Translations under genes and position numbers: made by a program | DNA from: Chiloscyllium plagiosum | Taxonomy: Eukaryota | Assembly: GCF_004010195.1 (NCBI RefSeq) | Contig: NC_057728.1 | Span: 42,078,844-42,142,843, forward strand | Reading direction: 5' to 3' | DNA length: 64,000 nt | The notes under the pieces: generated by a model | The model's input: the letters and a program-made list of their open reading frames with translations, nothing else | Told to the model about the DNA's origin: nothing | Databases searched by the model: none | Shown: positions 13,618 to 26,061 of the stretch, in pieces | Numbering within the stretch: the stretch's first letter is position 1 | Layout of the letters: each line of letters starts with the position of its first letter

Positions 13618-14482
13618 TTTAATTAGTTTCAGTCATGTTGTAAAGGAAATGAAAACCACATCTGTGTAAAGCAGGCACGAGTACAGGAGCTGCATGATCA
13701 GCAAAATAAGGTCGGTCTTGGGTGAAATACTGACAATACCTGCAAAAAAATGAAAGAAAACAGAACCCTATGTGATATATGTCTTATAATGTATTGCATT
13801 AATTTTGGGAGGTGTTTGCAACCCAAAATTAGTTTTATACTTGATGGTGATAAGACTGGCTTAACTTGTAATAATAATTGTTATTCTCAGTCCTGTAATC
13901 AATTTATTAAGCTCTCTGATAATAGTAGCTGTAAATAAATGGAGGGATAATTTGTTTCAAAAACAACAAGACACTCAGAGATGGAAGTAGACTTAGATTC
14001 GCGATAGATTCCTCCAATGAAAAGGGTAGTTGAATGGGCCTATATTCTCAAGCCTTCAAGAACGAGTGGCAACCTTATTAAAACGAAGAATTTTTACAGG
14101 TGTTGACAGGTTATAGGAGAAACTGTCTTTCATTGTAGAATCGAGAATTAGGGTCCTATTCTCAGGAATGCTCTACCCCAGAAGGCTAGAGATAGTCATT
14201 TAATACATTAGATTTTGATAGTGCTTTGACAAAAAATTGAGAGCCAAAACATTTTGGATGAGCAGCAAAATTGGAGTGCAGGGAGTAGACACTGATCTGA
14301 GAGAACGCAGCACTAATTTGAAGGGCCAAATGGCCTATTACATACACCATATTCTCTACATTAACACTTTTGTTAATGTTCTGATCGTACTGTGGAAGCA
14401 CAAGTTGTCATTTAGCTCACTGTTCTGCACAGGCATCCCAATCTCATTCTTCTATCTTTCCCTACAACTAGCAAATTTTATT

Positions 14483-14759
14483 CAAAGTTTGTGAGAAGAT
14501 TTGTAGCTCGGGTGCTCGTTGCTGTGGTTCTGTTCGCCGAGCTGGAAGTTTTAGTTGCAAACGTTTCGTCCCCTGTCTAGGTGACATCCTCAGTGCTTGG
14601 GAGCCTCTTGTGAAGCGCTTCTGTGGTGTTTCCTATAAATGCCGGAGGAAAAAACCACAGAAGCGCTTCACAGGAGGCTCCCAAGCACTGAGGATGTCAC
14701 CTAGACAGGGACGAAACGTTTGCAACAAAAACTTCCAGCTTGGCGAACAGAACCACAGC
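14483..14759. mobile_element. Penelope-like palindromic element, family C, with hammerhead motifs on both strands
   Basis: Arms about 14520-14632 and 14646-14760, 37-nt tail, 13-bp TSD AGCAAATTTTATT at 14470-14482 and 14760-14772. Confidence 0.82.
14685..14723 (+). ncRNA. Minimal type I hammerhead ribozyme motif (family C); mirror copy on minus strand at 14557-14596
   Basis: GCA-CUGAGGA-U-GUC(ACCUAGACAGG)GAC-GAAA-CG-UU-UGC: stem I GCA/UGC, stem II, palindromic AAACGUUU, predicted GUU cleavage after 14720. Confidence 0.75.
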
Positions 14760-14799
14760 AGCAAATTTTATTTTACAAGTAAATTGGCTCATCATCACT

Positions 14800-15220
14800 A
14801 CCATGGCGATGACTACTCAGATGGTAGAATTTGCACCTTGGATTGCAAAGTTAGGGGTGCCGTTCCTGAGGCAGAAAAACAAATCTCTAGTGCAGTACAC
14901 AGCAAATACTGTGCTGTTAGAAGTACTGTCTTTTGGATGAGATGTTAAACTGAGCTCCCTTCCCTCCCTCTCAGGTCTGCCGTGAGGTTCCCATGGTACT
15001 ACTTCAAAGCAAATGAGAATAATCAAGTTTTCTGACCAATAGATTTTTTTTTCAATATCACAAAGAGAGAGATTATCTGGTCATTCGTTATTACATCATT
15101 GGTAATTAGAAATTTGTGTACATAGAAAATGCAGTAGCTAATCTATATTACCTGCAACTACATTGCAAAAAAAAACTTCCTTGGCTGGAAAGTGCTTGGA
15201 ACATCCTGGAGGTCACAAAA
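14800..15220 (+). mobile_element. Deu-SINE (SacSINE1/AmnSINE1-like), degenerate
   Basis: TGTCTTTTGGATGAGATGTTAAACTGAG and GATTATCTGGTCATT resemble the Deu domain. Similar minus-strand copies at about 16560-16880 and 52020-52370. Confidence 0.55.
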
Positions 15221-15592
15221 ATACAAGTTTATAGAAATAGAAATCTCTTTTCGGAGAGACTTTCCTGGTAGACTGCCAATTCTGTGGCAAATTAGAGACA
15301 GTCTTGCACTAACTAACTAAATGTAGGCTATGCAAACATTTCACGTCAGATTCTTAGTCAACTGACAGGGAAGACTATTATTGTCAGTTTTTAGCTGTAT
15401 TTCAATCCAGATTGCTGTATTGAAAAGCAAGTGCCCCTTCCATCAACATACCTTTGAAAACTCAAGTAGAGGAGCTACTGATAGAGATTTAATGCATGAG
15501 CTTTCATTTCCAAAACTTATTGAAGGAGGAAATAAAAATGTATACATCTGTGGCGAAATTCTATCCTGCATGATAGTCTCAAAATTGGGTCA

Positions 15593-16391
15593 TTTAATTC
15601 AGATAAATGCAAAGTGCTGCATTTTGGGAAAGCAAATCTTCACAGGACTTATACACGTAATGGTAAGGTCCTATGGAGTGTTGCTGAACAAAGAGACCTT
15701 GGACTGCACGTTCATAGCTCCTAGAAAGTGGAGTCGCAGGTAGATAGGATAGTGAAGGTGGCATTTGGTACGCTTTCCTTTATTGGTCAGAGTACTGAAT
15801 ACAGGAGTTGGGAGGTCATGTTGCGGCTGTACAGGACATTGGTTAGACCACTGTTGGAATATTGCATGCAATTCTGGTCTCCTTCCTATCGGAAAGATGT
15901 TGTGAAGCTTGAAAGGGTTCAGACAGATTTACAAGGATGTTGCCAGGGTTGGAGGATTTGAGCTATGGTGAGAGGCTGTACAGACTGGGGCTGTTTTTCC
16001 TGCTGAGGCTGAGAGGTGACCTTATAGAGGTTTATAAAATTATGAGGGGAATGGATAGGATAAATAGACAGACAGTCTCTTCCCTGGGATCAGGGAGTCC
16101 AGAACTAGAGGGCATAGGTTTAGGGGAAAAGATATAAATGAGACCTAAGGGGCAACTTTTTCACACAGAGGGTGGTACGTGTATGGAATGAGCTGCCAGA
16201 TAATGTGGTGGAGGCTGGTACAATTGCAGCATTTAAGAGGCATTTGGATGCGTATATGATTAGGAAGGGCTTGGAGGGATATGGGCTGGGTGCTGGCAGG
16301 TGGAACTAGATTGGGTTGGGATATCTGGTCGGCATGGACAGGTTGGACCGAAGGGTCTGGTTCCATGCTGTACATCTCTATGAATCTATAA
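15593..16391 (+). mobile_element. CR1 (HER1-like) 3' fragment
   Basis: LRLYRTLVRPLLEYCMQFWSP and LRGDLIEVYKIMRG; 3' UTR near-identical to 13200-13426. Confidence 0.92.
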
Positions 16392-18105
16392 CCTTATGGT
16401 TGAATCAGCTACAAGTACCCAAAGCTCTCAATCAACAACCACACACACTAGAAAGCGGTTTTCTCGAACATGAGATAGTAACTTGCCTAAATACCTCAAA
16501 ATTAGCACATATACACTTACTTTACAGGCTTGCACTTCTAGAGCACATTTCATGATTAACAGACATCTCAAAATGCTTTCTATTCAGTGAAGCACAGTCA
16601 CTAATGTAGGTAATGTAGAAGCCAATTTGTACACACAGTAAACTCCTGAACAAATGATAATATCAATCTTATTGGAGGAGGAATAAATATCAGCCAGAAA
16701 TGCAGGATAACTCTCTGCTCTTCAAAACAGGGCAATGGAATTTTATAAACCAACCCATGCAGATGGGTCAGTTTATGCCTCTCCTAAAAGAGGTTGCAAA
16801 ACTCCCTCAGAACTGCACTGAAGTGTCAGCCTTGACTTTTGCTTCCAAGCCTAGTTTGGAACTAGGAACCAGGACCCATGAACCTTATGGAAATTCCTTC
16901 ATAATGAAATTAACCAGGTTGCTTCAAAGCTTGCCTGAAAATTTCTTTATAACTAATTACAGCTGCATATATACTAGGGACATCTAATCTGATCCCACTG
17001 TTCCTTTAAAGCAGATAGCACATAGTAAACTTGTAGTACTAAACAAGACTTGATAAAGTTGAAATACAATATGACCGTAAGAACGAAAGTTGTCAGAACC
17101 TACAAAGTTTAGAATCTGAACAAACTGACTAATTCCAACTTTCAATTATTTATACTACTGCGACTTTATTCAAAATAGGGCAGCTTTGGAAATATTGTCT
17201 ATTCAATATTTCAAATGACTTAATGATTTAATTAACTCAAGTTGTTTCGTTTCAACAGCATTATCAGCATTTTCTCCAACCGGATCACTGGTACAGATAA
17301 TTACACTTTGGCCAACATTTTCTAATCGAGTTACCAATGGCATCACAATCAATAAATCTAGGCATTGTAGGAATGTTTCAAACTGGACATTCAGTGGATA
17401 CTTTTACTACCAGTAATAAGCAACGTTTCAAAATAAAATTAGGAGTCACATTTTTTAATCTCCTACAAGATAACAAAAATCCTCAAATTACATCAGCAAA
17501 TAGAAAATGGGAAATTGGATATTTTAAAGGGCTTCCTCTCAAACCTAACTCAAATTCTAAATCAAAGAAGCTATGTATCCAATGTTCTGGATTAGCATCA
17601 AAATTGAAACATTCACAGGCTCTAATGTATTCAAGAAAACATTCAGCTCGAAAAGAAGTCCCATTTCCTTCCACCTCACAATACTGAAAGCACTTCACAG
17701 CCAATTATTTACTTTTTCAAGTACAATCACTTGCTTTGCATGAAAACACTGGAGAGTCATGCTGTGCCAACTTGCACAAAATGGCCTTACAAACATTGAG
17801 ATAAAGAGCCAATGATTTTACTGGTCAAGGAAGGAGGTTGGGAGATGGATAAGGAGCTGTCAAAGCATGTGTTAAGAGGGCGATTGCTAAATTTAGAAAC
17901 TAATTAAGTGCAATGCCTCAGATTAATGCTGACATCCCTCCTACCAAATGTCTACACAAATGATTTGATTTATTAGAAGTTAGTCAGGGAAGAGAATGGG
18001 AATGAACAATCCTGTTTCATTAGTGAATTGGATAAGAAATAATATGAACATTAACACTAGAATAAATAAGTGTATTTTCTCGATTTCAGATGTCAGCAAA
18101 AAGAG

Positions 18106-18320
18106 CTGAAAATGTGTTGCTGGAAAAGCGCAGGTCAGGCAGCATCCAGGGAACAGGAGAATCGACATTTCGGGCATTAGCCCTTCTTCAGGAATCCTGA
18201 AGAAGGGCTTATGCCCGAAACGTCGATTCTCCTGTTCCCTGGATGCTGCCTGACCTGCTGTGCTTTTCCAGCAACACATTTTCAGCTCTGATCTCCAGCA
18301 TCTGCAGACCTCACTTTCTC
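18106..18320. mobile_element. Penelope-like palindromic element, family A
   Basis: Inverted arms meeting at about 18194; 14-bp TSD GTCAGCAAAAAGAG at 18092-18105 and 18321-18334. Confidence 0.85.
18192..18229 (+). ncRNA. Minimal type I hammerhead ribozyme motif (family A)
   Basis: GAAUC-CUGAAGA-A-GGGC(UUAU)GCCC-GAAA-CG-UC-GAUUC; predicted GUC cleavage after 18224. The perfect 5-bp stem I here is created by the inversion junction; other copies have AUUC/GAUU. Confidence 0.75.
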
Positions 18321-18640
18321 GTCAGCAAAAAGAGTCAACTTAAAACTATTATGGTCAGCAAGGACAATTTAGGAGAAAGGACTTTACAAAACAAGTGGCT
18401 TTGGGGACATGGAATGCTCTACCAGGAACCATTTGAGGTACAGATAAAAGCACTTTTCATAGTTGAAAAAGTTAAGCAAAGAATGATAACTTAGAGGAAT
18501 ACACAGTCAACGGGATTTGTCTTGCAAAAATTCTCTATTTCATGCTGTAATATTATGGGTTGTGTCTCGAAAATTGCAGTCTCACTTCCTTCAATATCCT
18601 TGGATGTCTTTCAATTTTAACTACCAACATTTTATCCATC

Positions 18641-19097
18641 GGCACAAGGTTGGCACAGTCGTTAGCACTGCTGCCTCACAGCGCCAGAGACCCGGGTTCA
18701 ATTCCCACCTCAGGCAACTGTTTGTGTAGAGTTTGCACATTCTCCCAGTGGCTGTGTGGGTTTCCTCCAGGTGCTCCGGTTTCCTCCCACAGTCCAACAA
18801 TGTGCAGGTTAGGTGAATTGGCCATGCCTCATTCTTGAACAAGGGCTTATGCCAGAAACGTCGATTCTCCTGCTCCTCGGATGCTGCCTGGCCTGCTGTG
18901 TTTTTCCAGCACATTTTTCAACTCTGGACTCCAGCATCTGCAGTCCTCACTTTCTCCACGCTAAATTGCCCGTAGTGTTAGGCAAAGGGGTAAACGTAGG
19001 GGAATGGGTCTGAGTGGGTTGCTTTTCAGAGGGTCAGTGTGGACTTGTTGGGCTGAAGGGTCTGTTTCCACACTAAGTAATCTAATCTAATCTAATC
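18641..19097 (+). mobile_element. HE1/V-SINE-like SINE with a nested Penelope-like fragment (about 18828-18955)
   Basis: Same SINE motifs. Interrupted at ...TTGGCCATGC and resumes at CCACGCTAAATTGCCC after the insert. Confidence 0.85.
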
Positions 19098-19990
19098 ACT
19101 TCCTTATTAACTTTGAGCCCTTCTTGTGACAGTTTGCTCCAGCCACTATGGCTTGGGTAGCATCTAGACGCAAAGTATTCATTTAATATCTTAGCCATGC
19201 CCCTGCCTTCATGTGTAAATTCCCATTTTAGTCTGTTAAGTGGCCCTACTCTTTTTTTAAAAAAAAGTCTTTGTTTTACTATTTACATATTTCAAATCAC
19301 AAAACTGAACTGTAATAGGCCAAAGTTTAAAATTCAAACTGCTACAGTCAGGGAACAACTTAAATCTTTGAATGTAGTTAATGAAACCAAAAAAAAAGAC
19401 CTTTGGCGGTTATAAAAAACCAGAACAAACCCAACATTAGAAAACTGAGTAAAGGAAAATTTAGATTCTTCAATCCTGAAGAGAAGCAAATTGATAATAT
19501 GACTGAAGGAGATAAAATACTAAGAAACCACATTTTTTTAAAATACACATTAGTTCTGAAACAGAAGTGATTAGAGGATGGGGTGGGGAAAGAATTGATG
19601 GGGAAAAACGGTCTTCAGACTTTATAGGTATTTTTAAACAACCTGTTCAGCGATAGTATGACACAGGAGCAGTTGGGACTTGAACCAGGTGATCTGGTCC
19701 AGAGGTAGGTAAGCTACCACTGCACTACAACAGCCCTCAGCTTAGTCCCCAGCCAAGCCCACAATGATAAAAATGAACTGGAATGTGGCTATTGAGGTAC
19801 ATGTACCGGTGTCTCACTGGATGAAGTTACAAAGATATTGAGCCAAGACAGGTGGAGGGAGTTAAGATAAAGATCACTGAAAGCCTCTCTGAACAGGAGA
19901 ACAAGATTAAAGATCTACAGTACACCTCTTCCCAAGACAGATCTAGGTCGGGGGGTGAGAGAGAAGATAGAGTGAAACATTAGCATGAAC

Positions 19991-21683
19991 TTAGAGTTGT
20001 ACAGCATGCAAACAGACCCTTCAGTCCAACTTATCCATGCCGACCAGATATCCTAAATTAATCTCGTCCCATTTGCCAGCATTTGACCCAAATCACACTA
20101 AATCCTTCCTATTTGCATACCCACCCAGATGCTTTTTAAATGTTGCAATTGTGTCAGCCTCCTCCATCTCCTCTGGCAGCTCATTCCATACATGCACCAC
20201 CCTCTGCGTGAAAAGGTTGCCACTTAGGACCCTTTTGTATCTTTCCCCTCTCACCCGAAACCTATGTCCTCTAGTTTTGGACTGCCCCGTGCCGGGAAAA
20301 GACTTGTATATTTACACTATCCATACCCCTCATGATTTTATACACCTTTATATGGTCACCCCTCAGCCTCCGACACTCCAAGCAAAACAGCCAGTATGTT
20401 CATCTTCTCCCTATACCTCAAACTGTCTAACATTGGCAACATTCTGGTAAATCTTTTCTGAACCCTTTCAAGTTTCACAACATCCTTCTGAATAGAGGGA
20501 TACCAGAATTGCACACAAAAGTTCCAATAGTGGCCGAATCAAGGTCCTGTACAGCTGCAACATGACCTCCCAACTCCTATACGCAATGCACTGAGCAAAG
20601 GCAAATTATGGGCGGCACGGTGGCACAGTGGTTAGCACTGCTGCCTCACAGCGCCAGAGACCCGGGTTCAATTCCCGCCTCAGGCGACTGACTGTGTGGA
20701 GTCCCCGTGTCTGCGTGGGTTTCCTCCGGGTGCTCCGGTTTCCTCCCACAGTTAAAGATGTGCAGGGTCAGGTGAATTGGCCATACTAAATTGCCCGTAG
20801 TGTTAGGTAAGGGGTAAATGTAGGGGTATGGGTGGGTTTCGCTTCGGCGGGTCGGTGTGGACTTGTTGGGCCGAAGGGCCTGTTTCCACACTGTAAAGTA
20901 ATCTAATCTAAAAAATCTAATCTAAAACCAAAACCCTTCACTACCTTAAGTGTGACTCCACTTTCAAGGAAGTATGAACTTACATGTCAACAAGGTCCTT
21001 TGTTTAACAACATTTCAAGACCTTACCATTAAGTGCACAAATTCTGCCCCGAATTGCCTTTCCAAAAATGCAATCCCTCACAATTATCTAAATTAAACTA
21101 CATCTGCTGCTCCTTGGCCCATCTGATCAAGATGCTGTTGTACTCTGAGGTAACCTTAACTGTTCACAACTCCTCCAATTTTGGTGTCATCTGCAAAGTT
21201 ACTAACTATATCTCCTATACTCACATCTAAATCATTTATACAAAGACAAAAAGCAGCAGACCCAGCACTGATCTTTGTGGCACACCGCTTGTCAGAGGCA
21301 TCCAGTCTGAAAAGCAACCCTCCACCACCATCACTTCTATTGCCACCTCCGAACCAGTCGCATTCAAGTGGCTAGTTCTCGCTCTATTGCATGTGATCTA
21401 ACCTTGCTACCACGAGGAACCTTGTCGAACACCTTAACGAACTCCACATAGATCATTCCTGACGGAAGGGCTTTTGCCCGAAATGTTAATTTTCCTGCTC
21501 CTTGGATGCTACCTGACCTGCTGTGCTTTTCTAGCACCAATCTTGACTCCATATAGATCATTTCCACCACTCTGCCCTCATGAATTCTCTTTGTTACTTC
21601 AAAAAAACTCAAAGCTCTGAGACACGATTTCCCACGCAAAGCCGTATTGACTATCCCTAATCAGTCCTTGCCTTTTCAAATAC
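19991..21683 (-). mobile_element. CR1 LINE with a nested SINE and a nested family-A Penelope-like fragment (21458-21545)
   Basis: RT remnants RGKSCLRALSFFEVTKRIHEGR and VFDKVP. The insert is flanked by a 17-bp repeat ACTCCA(C/T)ATAGATCATT at 21441-21457 and 21546-21562. Confidence 0.85.
20610..20925 (+). mobile_element. HE1/V-SINE-like SINE nested in a CR1
   Basis: Full head, V-domain and (TCTAA)n tail inside the minus-strand CR1 at 19991-21683. Confidence 0.88.
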
Positions 21684-24600
21684 GCGAGTATTGTGATGGG
21701 GCGAGTTGAGTGTGCGCTAATTTAAACCAACTGGGGGTTAGAAAGTGCTCCATAAAAAAGTAACGGAATGACAAGTCAACAGTAAAAGACCTGATCAAGA
21801 AGAATGAACAATTAACAGATGGGGCAATCTGGAACAATATGTAAATTTCCCCACAAGAATAAAGAAAACCTGCAATTCCCCAATGCCCATAGATCCAGAA
21901 ATGGACTAGCCCAACTGAGTATCTTCCGTCTTAACATCTAGGTACAGTCTAAAAAAAGTTTTTGATTAAGTTTTAGAAATAGTCTGTGTAATAAATATGG
22001 GTTTTTAAAAAGGCTCACCTGCTTTAGATTGCAATATAAGTATATGAACCGCTTTAAAGAAACAGAAGGCTTGGGAGATCCGGATATGGATAATCAGATT
22101 AAGGCAGAACCAATTTGAAACGCATAATATTGTAAAAGACACAAGATCCTTGGCTTTAACAGCAGGAAAACACAATACAAGAGGCAAGGAAGTGCTAAAT
22201 CTTTATCAAGCACTGGTGAAGTCTCAGCTCAGGTAAAATGTTCAAATCGGAGCATAACACTTCAGGAAGGATTACAAGGTTTTAGAGAAGGCCTGAAGAG
22301 ATTTACTGAGTGCGTGGTTGAGGAACTTCAGTTATGTGGAGACTGGAGAATCTAGAGTTACTCTACTTAAAGCAGAGATGTTCAATATTACGAATGGCTT
22401 TAAAGGCTCAAGCATGAAGAAAGACTTTCCAACAGAAGGCTTAATAGCCAGAAACTCTTTTAGTCTGGAAAGCAATAAAAATCTTTAAAGAAATTGGAGA
22501 AAATATACATTCATGTAGTGTTGTTAATAATGAAACATCCCAAAGCATTCACAGTAGCCTTACAAAGTCAACTAACAGAAATATTAATTCAGATTACTAA
22601 GAATTTAGTTAAAGTGGAAGCTTTTAAGGAGTGTAGGGGGAAAGTGTAGGACAATTGTGTATAGAGGGTATCCAAAATTTAGGACTTAGGCAACTGAAGG
22701 CACGGCCACCAATGGTGCATCAGGTAAAATTGGAGGATACTTAGGAGCCCAAGACCAATGAGCTCATATCCCTGGGTTTTGGTATTATAGATGATGATGA
22801 GAGATAAGGAAATAAAGGCCATGGAGAGAATTGAACAAAGGACGAGGATTCTCAAAATCAAGACATAAGGGGGAAAAAACTTGCAGGGCTGTGGTGAAAA
22901 AGCAGGATAGGGGATTAGTTGAATAGCTCACTGAAAGAGCTATTACACGCTTGATGGGCTGAAACACCTCTTCTACGCTGAACAATGGTTCATTACAGTG
23001 ATACCTAGCTTCGTGGGGAAATGTGTTAGGATTGCCTTTGCAAACTTCTTAGACACTAATTTAGGACAACAAATTTAGAGGATGAACTCAGAACCCAAAA
23101 AAAAGTTATTCTATAATATGCCAGTGAAATATGCAGTGTTAAACTACAATACTTTATGATCTGGTCATTGTGGTAGCAGCTTTTCTTCAGAGAAAAAGGA
23201 AGTAGGTATGAGACTCAGGAATGAGCAATCTCTCTGAGTGGTTTTAAAGGGATCCTTTGTCTAGACTCATTGGCGACAGGGAAGGAAGAACTCATTAAAA
23301 AAACCACACCTGAACTGGGCCTGTGAAAACTGTAACAAGTTTTGAATAGTACACAGCCTAATAGTAACCTTTTCCACATAAGGATGAAGGCAAATTGCGA
23401 GACAACGGAACATTCCTACATAAACCGATCAGTCAAAATAGTTTTCAGTAATTTCACCGAATCATAAAAACTGAATTAGGAAAACATTAAAGAAACACTT
23501 CACTACATTATGTACACAAACCCTTGTGACTATAAACTGACTCATAAACAAGGTGAATAAAGGAGAGTATCCTCAACTCTAGAATTATATAGAACATGAG
23601 ATATTAATGATTCTTTATAGAATGATTTGTATCAACCGACATTAAAAAAACTAACTACTCCAATATGCAGTGATGACTGAGATGATTCAAAGTTTGACAC
23701 AAGTATCCCAGCATTGTAATACAGTATAGATGGGCTGTGCATACACAATGTGTCAGACCACTGCACTAAGAAGACACTCCTCTAAGCAGGATTTCCACAA
23801 CTAAATTCTTTATAAATGCTTTTGTTTAGCTTTTATTCAAAACCAAGATGCTGCACTGCCTTGAACAGCTTCTGTGGCAATTCACTTCAGTCAGAAATAT
23901 TTCCAAGCACAGCCAATTCTACAAGTCTAAAATCCAATAAACAAAGCTTTATATTTGTGTAAAAAATATCATAATGCAAGAAACTTTAAAAACAAACAAC
24001 TATGATATGTGGCTAATGTTAATTTGCAAACAACTGCAGTAGATAAATAATGGGTTAAATTTCCACTAGTACTGTTGTTTTGAGAGCTGACCGACAGACC
24101 TGGCCACTGGGAGAATTCCTTAGTGTGGTTAGCTTCACAGTAGGCTTCAATGCAAAATTAAAGAAACTCAAAATATTTTAAATGACGTAAGTGGTTATTT
24201 TTAAAATCAAGTGACATATATATATTTTGCATTCAAGTAAACATTGTTTTACTTACTGATCTAACAGATCTCAAACAATGCCACAAACCCTCAGTTCGAC
24301 AATGAAGTGTCAGTTTAGAAGTGGTTAAGACTCATGCGATTTTTAAGAATCCCTTACTGAAGAGACCAAGACTCTCAAAATCAATCTAACGTAAGACTTA
24401 GTACATCCACTATTTTCTGGTATGTAGTCTATGCTTCCTTGGAATAAACTTAGCACACATACATTTACAAAATCCATAAAAATTTAACTTACTCATGATC
24501 CAACCAACAGTTGAGTCACTACCCAAATGTTATGAAATTACATTTACTCAATTTTATTAACTCAACTTTCAAGGTTTAATATATTTAACTATACACTTGC

Positions 24601-24813
24601 TTTCACAGTTCATATTAACTAATGCATATGTCTTAAAATCCCAGAGAATGGATTGATTACATGATCAAACATGAAAATCTGAGTGTCAGGATGTACGGAT
24701 TGCTCCTACTAATATTTGATATTATTATTTGACAACCAATACTCAGCAAGCTTTTCAAGCATTCTGACATAAATTGTGCACCTGTCCTTGAACATCAGAA
24801 TGTTATACCAAGA

Positions 24814-25018
24814 GAAAGTGAGGACTGCAGATGCTGGAGATCAGAGCTGAAAATGTATTGCTGGAAAAGCTCAGGTTAGGCAGCATCCAAGGAGCAGGAG
24901 AATCGACGTTTCGGGCATGAGCCCTTTTTCAGGAAAGGGCTCATGCCCGAAACATCGATTCTCCTGCTCCTTGGATGCTGCCTGACCTGCTGCGCTTTTC
25001 CAGCAACACATTTTCAGC
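24814..25018. mobile_element. Penelope-like palindromic element, family A
   Basis: Inverted arms plus tail; 13-bp TSD TGTTA(T/C)ACCAAGA at 24801-24813 and 25019-25031. Hammerhead core mutated (CUGAAAA). Confidence 0.85.
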
Positions 25019-25149
25019 TGTTACACCAAGAAGCAGCTTCAAGGTTACATAAACATACGGTTACAAACTCTTACCCAGTCACTTACCTGGTACTCGAAAC
25101 AGCTTCTAACGTACGTTAACATTTTGTCAAATGGAACAATTAAGATTAA

Positions 25150-25655
25150 TTATAACAACACCTTTTCTTCCTCAAGCGGCTCAGAAAATTTGGCATCTAC
25201 GGGAGGGCCCTCATCAACTTCTACCACTGAAAGCATACTGGGCAGGTACATAACGGTCTGATATGGCAACTGCTCTGCCCAGGACGTAAGAAGCTGCAGT
25301 AGGTGCTGTGCACAGCCTAGGCCATCAAGGAAGCCAACCTTCCATCCATAGACTCCATCTATGTGGCTCGCTGCCATGGAAAGGCTGCTAATATCAAATA
25401 CCCATCGCACCACAATAATGATCTTATGTCAGGCAGAAGATACCGACGTCCGAGCACATACACCAACAGGTTCAGGAACAGCTTCTTCCCAGCTATTATT
25501 GGACTGAAGGGTGGACACTCGAGACTGAACAAGCAATGTAACCTGCGTGACTAAGTCTTTTTGATCTGTACATCCTTGCTTACTATGATCTGCCTGTACT
25601 GCTCGTAAACAAAGCTTTTCACTGTACTTTGGTACACATGACAATGAATAAATCA
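25150..25655 (+). mobile_element. Rex1/Babar-like LINE 3' fragment
   Basis: FFLKRLRKFG and SGRRYRR...TNRFRNSFFPAII are typical Rex1-clade ORF2 C-terminal motifs; ends near AATAAA. Confidence 0.7.
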
Positions 25656-26061
25656 CTGAAACACAAGAAAATAAATAAGTTGGAGATGGGGCTGCTAATA
25701 TCCTGAAATTCAACTGTATTGAGCTAAATTCAATATTAAAATTGAAGTTCTTCTATTATTGCATTGTAGAATTTTTATTTTCTACACTTTGTTTCCATGT
25801 AGGTTACTGTATCTGTCTATTACGGATTAGCTGCCATTTTTAGCAAACAAATTTAGATCAAATTGTCACTTTGCCAATTAGTCAACTCAGTCTTGAGATT
25901 ATACCCAATTCTGGCTTATAAATAGTATGACATTTGTTTAAATACACACCATAAAGTGTACAGTATATACTGCAAAGAACATTCTGATAGTAAAGTTCAA
26001 TTTCTGCTCATCATAAAAAGCATTCACAAGAACAGGATCAATGTTAGATGCACATACACTA

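Noticed and set aside
24488..25089. Consensus-like minus-strand donors near 24493 and 25086 as LEMD3 exon 2 candidates
   Set aside because: The first gives an in-frame TGA and the second has no supported upstream exon. The 8518-8549 exon fits by phase and homology.
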